In this document: positions 59,039 through 64,000 of the stretch, piece after piece
How positions within the stretch are numbered: position 1 is the first letter of the stretch
Layout of the letters: each line of letters opens with the position of its first letter
Assembly (NCBI GenBank): GCA_964402785.1
Contig: CAYODQ010000002.1
Location: 5,763 to 69,762, forward strand
Origin: an uncultured Planctomycetia bacterium
GTDB lineage: Bacteria; Omnitrophota; Gorgyraeia; 2-02-FULL-51-18
DNA length: 64,000 nt
Direction: 5' to 3'
The notes under the pieces: generated by a model
What the model saw: the letters and a program-made list of their open reading frames with translations, nothing else
Database searches by the model: none
Told to the model about the DNA's origin: nothing
Translations under genes and position numbers: made by a program

Positions 59039-59514
59039 AGAGATCTCCTGATAGCCTCCACCAATTCAAGCCTTGTTTTGCGACCCGGGCTTATTTTTAG
59101 TTTCCGGGTATTTGGCGATACATGCCCGAACGAAAACCAGATCGTCTGCAAAGGCAGGCATCCTCTGCCCCGCTCTGGCCACTCCACGAATGTCACGGCC
59201 TTCGACGAAAAACACTCTTGCGCAAAATCTCGGTCAGCCCCTTCTACTTTTTTTAGGCGATACCAGTCCAAATGGAAAACCTTTTCTCGACCTTGATACT
59301 CATGGATCACTACAAATGTGGGGCTAGCTACCTCCGTCGACACCGGGACTTTGAGCCCCTGGCACACACCTTTCACCCAGGTCGTTTTTCCGGCTCCCAG
59401 CGCACCTTGAAGCGCAACAACATCGCCTGCCTTCAAAAAATTTCCTACTTTTTTCCCAAAAGCCATTGTTTCTTTGGCTGACGAAAGCGTGATCTCTAAT
59501 TTATTTTTTTTCAT
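59035..59514 (-). CDS. tsaE: tRNA t6A37 biosynthesis ATPase TsaE (YjeE)
   Basis: LQGALGAGKTTWVKGV P-loop. Probable start at MKKNKLEI (59514); the longer ORF overlaps thiL. Confidence 0.8.
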   Translation of the reverse strand: MKKNKLEITLSSAKETMAFGKKVGNFLKAGDVVALQGALGAGKTTWVKGVCQGLKVPVSTEVASPTFVVIHEYQGREKVFHLDWYRLKKVEGADRDFAQECFSSKAVTFVEWPERGRGCLPLQTIWFSFGHVSPNTRKLKISPGRKTRLELVEAIRRSL

Positions 59515-60433
59515 TTTTAAAATGATCAAATCCTTGCAACTTGAGCGGCATACGCTTACCCTGAGCATCCAACAGGCGGATCGCACCCGCAACGTCGGTC
59601 ACTCTACCCACAGGATACACCCTCGAAGCAAATTTGGGAGAGGCCAAAATTTTGCGCGCATCTTTATCTGACACGGTGAAAAGCAGCTCAAAATCTTCTC
59701 CATCCGTCAACGCGCTCTCCAGCGACAAGGATCTCGAAGACCGGGGTATTTGAGGCGCAAATAGATCTGCCCCCACTCGGCTTTCCTCACAAATGTGTTT
59801 TAGGTCTGAGATAAGCCCGTCGGAGATATCCATCATCGAATGCAGCCGCACGAGCTTTGAAAGTTTTTGAGCGAGCTCGACCTGTGGCATAAAACGAAGA
59901 TGCTTCTTAGAAGCATAAGACCCGCCCAAAGCGCCTGTCACGAAGATATAATCACCACATTTGGCGCCGCTCCGAAGCACAGCTTTGCCTTTTGCGACTT
60001 CGCCCATCAAAGTCACCGCGATCGTGATCTTATCGCTTTGATTGGTATCGCCGCCCACGATCTCGACCGCAAAGCTGCGCGCTAAATCAGACAGTCCTCG
60101 CATCAGAGCATCCGCATACGTGATCTTAAGATTTGACGGCAACCCAACAGCCACCACCGCGTATTTGGGGATACCTGCCATAGCCGCGATATCGCTTAAA
60201 TTGACCGCCATTGCTTTTCTTCCGATCTCATACGGACTCGCATCACCTCTCTTGAAATGATGCCCTTCGATGAGCATGTCCGTCGTCAACAAAATATCTT
60301 TGTTGGTTCCCGGCAAAACAGCCGTATCATCTCCGATGCCTTTGATCCCGGCACGCCCGGGACGAAGTTTTTTTTGAAGTGATGCGATCCATCCGAATTC
60401 GCCCGCTTGCGAAAGCGTCTTTTTCATTTTCAT
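59501..60433 (-). CDS. thiL: thiamine-monophosphate kinase
   Basis: AIR-synthase-related fold (GIGDDTAVLP, LMGEVAKGKAVLRSGAKCGDYIFVTGALG). 310 aa. Confidence 0.85.
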   Translation of the reverse strand: MKMKKTLSQAGEFGWIASLQKKLRPGRAGIKGIGDDTAVLPGTNKDILLTTDMLIEGHHFKRGDASPYEIGRKAMAVNLSDIAAMAGIPKYAVVAVGLPSNLKITYADALMRGLSDLARSFAVEIVGGDTNQSDKITIAVTLMGEVAKGKAVLRSGAKCGDYIFVTGALGGSYASKKHLRFMPQVELAQKLSKLVRLHSMMDISDGLISDLKHICEESRVGADLFAPQIPRSSRSLSLESALTDGEDFELLFTVSDKDARKILASPKFASRVYPVGRVTDVAGAIRLLDAQGKRMPLKLQGFDHFKNEKK

Positions 60434-61476
60434 GAGGTCATATTCTTAAACATCAATGTGATAGCGACCATCACAGTATTGTGCAGCATATGCGCTGCGA
60501 TGGGCGTCACAAGAGAACCCGTGGATTCATAAAGATAGGTCAAAAAAAGTCCTAGAAAAAGGATGGGCAGAAAAGCCACGGCATTAAAATGAAACGCTGC
60601 AAAGATGGCGGATGACAAGATCGCTGCCGGCCAAATACCCCACTTTTTTTTGAGCGCCCCAAATGCAAACCCCCTAAAAAACATCTCCTCCAAAATAGGG
60701 CCGAGTAGAGCAACGAACAATGTAAAAGCGACAAGATAGGACTCGGTTGATTCTTTAAGAAAGATCTGTACCACGTTCTGAGGCTCCGGCTCATACGTAA
60801 AAAATTTGAGGATCAGCGAAAGCCAGGCAAAAATAAAAATTAGAGGCGGGATCACCGCCAAATATCCCCACAACGCTTCACGGATGCGTGCGAAAAACTT
60901 CTGAGATGTAAAACCCAGCTCCCGCAACCCCTGGCCGAATTTGAGCCGCACCAGAAGCAAAACAAATAAAGCCACTGCAAAATTCCTAAGCAGGCTGTGC
61001 ACCAGCAAATAATAATCTTTTGGCATATGCATCCAATCCATGGCCAACGATAAAACATAAAAAATATATAGCAGGATCTCCACGAAGAACAGGAAGACAA
61101 ATGCCTGAAAAACGGCACGCCCACCCCACCGCGGCTCGGGCAAATGTGTGCGCATCGATACGATCGGCTGATTGCGAGATCTTTTTTGGATAAGAATAAT
61201 ATCTGCGATCACCCCGCCCACCAGGAGAGCCAAAAAAGCAAATGAAAAGCCGGCAGAGACAGCGGGCGCCTCAGAAAATTTCTCTTTTAGCCGCCTCTCT
61301 TTAGATTTGAATTCTTGGATCGTTTCGGATCTCTCCGCGGCTTGCTGCGCAATATGCGCTGTATCTTTTTTATCGGCATGATCGGCGACGAGGGTGAGAG
61401 AGTAAAAAATGGCAATGAACACCAGCATTAAAAAAGTCCAAATATTGGACTTTATCCAGGAAGCTATAAATTTCAC
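60430..61476 (-). CDS. CPBP-family intramembrane metalloprotease (CAAX protease / Abi-like) with N-terminal extension
   Basis: EEMFFRGF, FAAFHF and HMLHNTV motifs (EExxxR, FxxxH, HxxxN) across multiple TM helices. Confidence 0.7.
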   Translation of the reverse strand: MKFIASWIKSNIWTFLMLVFIAIFYSLTLVADHADKKDTAHIAQQAAERSETIQEFKSKERRLKEKFSEAPAVSAGFSFAFLALLVGGVIADIILIQKRSRNQPIVSMRTHLPEPRWGGRAVFQAFVFLFFVEILLYIFYVLSLAMDWMHMPKDYYLLVHSLLRNFAVALFVLLLVRLKFGQGLRELGFTSQKFFARIREALWGYLAVIPPLIFIFAWLSLILKFFTYEPEPQNVVQIFLKESTESYLVAFTLFVALLGPILEEMFFRGFAFGALKKKWGIWPAAILSSAIFAAFHFNAVAFLPILFLGLFLTYLYESTGSLVTPIAAHMLHNTVMVAITLMFKNMTS

Positions 61477-62249
61477 GTAAGACTGAGCCCAAAAAAACGG
61501 GACGCATTTTGAGTGGTTTGAAAAGCCAGGTCTTCAACTGACACATTTCGCTTCTGTGCCAAAAAAGAAGCTACTTCAGCGACGAACGCCGGTTCATTGC
61601 GCTTTCCTCTAAAGATCTGTGGCGCAAGATAAGGAGAATCGGTCTCCAACAGCATCCTGTCTGCCGGCACGAAACTCGCAGCATCCAAAACCGGCACGGC
61701 ATTCTTATAGGTCACGGTCGCGGTGAAAGACACCAAAAAGCCGATATCCAGAAGCTTGGTCAACGCGTCGCGATCGTAGGAATAACAATGCATGACCCCG
61801 CGAAGCTTGCCTTCGTTTTCTTTGATCAACATCTCATAGGTGTCCTCAAACGCATTTCGCGAGTGGATGACCACAGGAAGATCGTATTTTTGCGCTACAT
61901 GAAGCATATGGCGAAATATCTTTTTCTGGATCGCGGCGTCACCCTCGCTCTTATAATAATCCAGCCCTATCTCACCGATCGCCACAGGCTTTGTTTTTTG
62001 AATAAAATCTTCCAGGGTCAACAAACCAGTCTCATCGATCTCATGCGCATGATGCGGATGAAGACCGGCTGTGTGCCGCATCGATGGCTCTTGTGAGGCC
62101 AATCGCCAGGCAGCCTCATTCGTTGCGTTGTCCGTGCCAACATTGATCATACATTCAACGCCTGCTTTTTTGGCGCGCGACAACATGTCAGCCCGATCCG
62201 CGTCAAAATCGGGAAAATGCAAGTGACAATGTGTATCCACCAGCCTCAT
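61473..62249 (-). CDS. tatD: TatD-family metal-dependent hydrolase
   Basis: MRLVDTHCHLHFPDFD N-terminus. 258 aa. Confidence 0.85.
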   Translation of the reverse strand: MRLVDTHCHLHFPDFDADRADMLSRAKKAGVECMINVGTDNATNEAAWRLASQEPSMRHTAGLHPHHAHEIDETGLLTLEDFIQKTKPVAIGEIGLDYYKSEGDAAIQKKIFRHMLHVAQKYDLPVVIHSRNAFEDTYEMLIKENEGKLRGVMHCYSYDRDALTKLLDIGFLVSFTATVTYKNAVPVLDAASFVPADRMLLETDSPYLAPQIFRGKRNEPAFVAEVASFLAQKRNVSVEDLAFQTTQNASRFFGLSLT

Positions 62250-63403
62250 GAGGATCCTGTGCTCGACCTTCTAAGGCGGGCAACAATCTTCGGAATAGCT
62301 TCCGACACACGATCGATCTCGGCATCGGTCGTATAACGTCCCAAAGAAAAGCGGATAGCGGATCGCGCCCTTTTCTCTCCCAAGCCCATTGCCAAAAGAA
62401 CATGAGATGGCTCGACAGATCCAGCCGTACAAGCAGATCCCGTAGAAACATAAATTTTATCCAGATCCAAATTGACCAAAAGCGTCTCTCCGTCAATGCC
62501 GTCAAATGACAGATTGAGGGTGTTGTATATGCGACTCTCTGCATGTCCGTTCAGGTGAGTATCGGATATCTTTTTGGTCAAAGCCGTTTGCAACCTGTCC
62601 CTAAGTATTTTCACGCGCTTTGTTTCGTCCGAACGATTTATCTCGCAAAGCTGCACAGCCTTTCCCATCCCAACAATACCCGCAACATTTTCGGTGCCAG
62701 GTCGGATATTTTTCTCCTGATGTCCGCCGTGAAACAACGATTTAATTTTCACGCCCTTTCGGATATAGAGAGCGCCAACTCCTTTGGGAGCGCATATTTT
62801 GTGAGCCGACAATGACAGGAGATCCGCGCCCCATTCTGACGGTTTGACCTCCATTTTGCCAAACGACTGGACTGCATCCACATGAAAGATCGCGCCAGAT
62901 CTTTGGCAAAGCGAAGCCAGCTCTTTGATAGGCTGGATGGTCCCAACCTCATTGTTCACGTGCATGACACTGACAAGCGCTGTCTTGTCCGAAATTTTTT
63001 GGCGCACAAAATCAACATCAACAAAACCATCACGGCTGACGGGTATGAATTCCACCGAATACCCAGATCGAGCCAGCACCTGAGCAGGGCTAAGCACGGC
63101 CTGATGCTCGAAGGCTGACACCAATAAATGTTTGCGGCCTTTTTCTTCCTGTGCCAACAGCGCGCCTTTTATCGATAAATTATCAGACTCTGTCCCACCG
63201 GAGGTAAAAAATACATCTCCCGCCTCCACCGACAAACTTTCAGCAACAAGCTCCCTCGCCTCTTCGATCGCATGACGAGCTGTCTGTCCTTTTTGATGAA
63301 AGCTAGAGGCGTTGGCAAAATGCTGAGTCAAATAAGGACGCATTGCCTCGAATACCTCAGGATCCACAGGAGTTGTGGCATTGTAATCAAGATAGGCTTC
63401 CAT
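62246..63403 (-). CDS. cysteine desulfurase (NifS/IscS class)
   Basis: 385 aa class V PLP enzyme. LDYNATTPVDPEV N-terminus, SAHKICAPKGVGALYI PLP-Lys region, SGSACTAGS catalytic Cys loop. Confidence 0.85.
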   Translation of the reverse strand: MEAYLDYNATTPVDPEVFEAMRPYLTQHFANASSFHQKGQTARHAIEEARELVAESLSVEAGDVFFTSGGTESDNLSIKGALLAQEEKGRKHLLVSAFEHQAVLSPAQVLARSGYSVEFIPVSRDGFVDVDFVRQKISDKTALVSVMHVNNEVGTIQPIKELASLCQRSGAIFHVDAVQSFGKMEVKPSEWGADLLSLSAHKICAPKGVGALYIRKGVKIKSLFHGGHQEKNIRPGTENVAGIVGMGKAVQLCEINRSDETKRVKILRDRLQTALTKKISDTHLNGHAESRIYNTLNLSFDGIDGETLLVNLDLDKIYVSTGSACTAGSVEPSHVLLAMGLGEKRARSAIRFSLGRYTTDAEIDRVSEAIPKIVARLRRSSTGSS

Positions 63404-63434
63404 AAGTTACGATCCCATATGGAGGTGGGTCCAG

Positions 63435-64000
63435 CTATTCATTTTTGGGAAGTTCGATGCGAGGAAACAGCGAAGAACCTTTTGAAATAACGCCGCCCTT
63501 TTCAAAGAAACCCCATGAGTCATCTTTGAAAGGTGATGACGCAGGGCTTCCCGACAATCCTAGTTGAGCCCAGATCTCTTGTGACTTGGTTGGCATGAAC
63601 GGATAAACGGCCTGCGATATGACCTTGAGATGCTCGCACAAAGTGCGCATGACGATATCCACCTCTTCCTTTTTTCCCTCTTTGGCCAACTTCCATGGCG
63701 CTTTTTGTTCGATGTATTCATTCATACACATCACGACACCCCAGATATTTTCCAGAGCTTGAGAGAAGGCAAGATTACTCATGTGCAGCCCAACGATGCC
63801 GGGTAATTTATCCATATCATTTGTGTATTGACCCTTGGCTTCGCCAACATTTTTAACCATCTTGCCGGCGGGGATATGACCTTGGCAATATTTCTCGCAC
63901 ATTGTCAGCGTTCGGCTTAAAAGATTTCCCAATCCATTAGCCAAATCTGCATTGGCCCGAGTTATCAGGGCTTCTTCACTAAAAGTGCCATCCTGCCCGA
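63435..64000 (-). CDS. metG: methionyl-tRNA synthetase, partial (C-terminal anticodon-binding portion; N-terminus beyond window end)
   Basis: GNLLSRTLTMCEKYCQGHIP and KAPWKLAK motifs mark the MetRS anticodon-binding domain. The reading frame stays open to the window edge. Confidence 0.8.
   Translation of the reverse strand, partial: GQDGTFSEEALITRANADLANGLGNLLSRTLTMCEKYCQGHIPAGKMVKNVGEAKGQYTNDMDKLPGIVGLHMSNLAFSQALENIWGVVMCMNEYIEQKAPWKLAKEGKKEEVDIVMRTLCEHLKVISQAVYPFMPTKSQEIWAQLGLSGSPASSPFKDDSWGFFEKGGVISKGSSLFPRIELPKNE

Overview
This 64 kb window is a chromosomal segment from a Gram-negative (LPS-producing) bacterium with about 50% GC. Every credible gene, roughly 60 of them, lies on the minus strand, and neighbours often overlap by 4-40 nt, suggesting long operons. 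All plus-strand ORFs in the track run antisense to conserved genes and are treated as spurious.

The content is housekeeping:
- Translation and transcription: tyrS (partial), rpsA, trpS, infB-nusA-rimP, proS, tsaB/tsaE, metG (partial).
- Aromatic amino acids: tyrA-hisC-pheA, and aroE-pilD-aroC-aroK.
- Branched-chain amino acids: an ilvB-ilvN-ilvC-leuA operon with a sigma70-like promoter, plus a possible BCAA-rich leader ORF before leuA.
- Envelope and lipid: plsC, cmk, rseP, dxr, cdsA, uppS.
- Other: purA, serA plus an aminotransferase, clpP, tig, hpf.
- Kdo/LPS block: lptB, a single LptC/LptA-like gene, kdsC-kdsD-kdsA, pyrG, kdsB, a kinase-only hldE, an LPS-core cluster (DUF3108 protein, five GT9 heptosyltransferase domains in three genes including GT9-GT9 and GT4-GT9 fusions, a NodB-type deacetylase, an LpxL-ELM1/DUF1022-like fusion, lpxK, waaA).
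- DNA and cofactors: xer recombinase, dprA, topA, thiL, a CPBP protease, tatD, cysteine desulfurase.

No CRISPR array, rRNA, tRNA or obvious mobile genetic element genes were seen.

The most unusual observations are:
1. A ThiS-like ubiquitin-fold domain ending in GGG is fused in frame to the N-terminus of topoisomerase I, with a GTG start overlapping the dprA stop.
2. A ~60-nt palindromic repeat element is inserted in frame inside cmk, with paralogous copies between purA and serA and after rpsA.
3. Modular 7- and 8-nt tandem-repeat hairpins occur at three gene junctions and read through into gene ends.
4. A 620-bp structured intergenic region upstream of hldE contains a TIR-flanked ~180-bp element and a perfect 20-nt palindrome.
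5. The lipid A / LPS core genes include several domain fusions.
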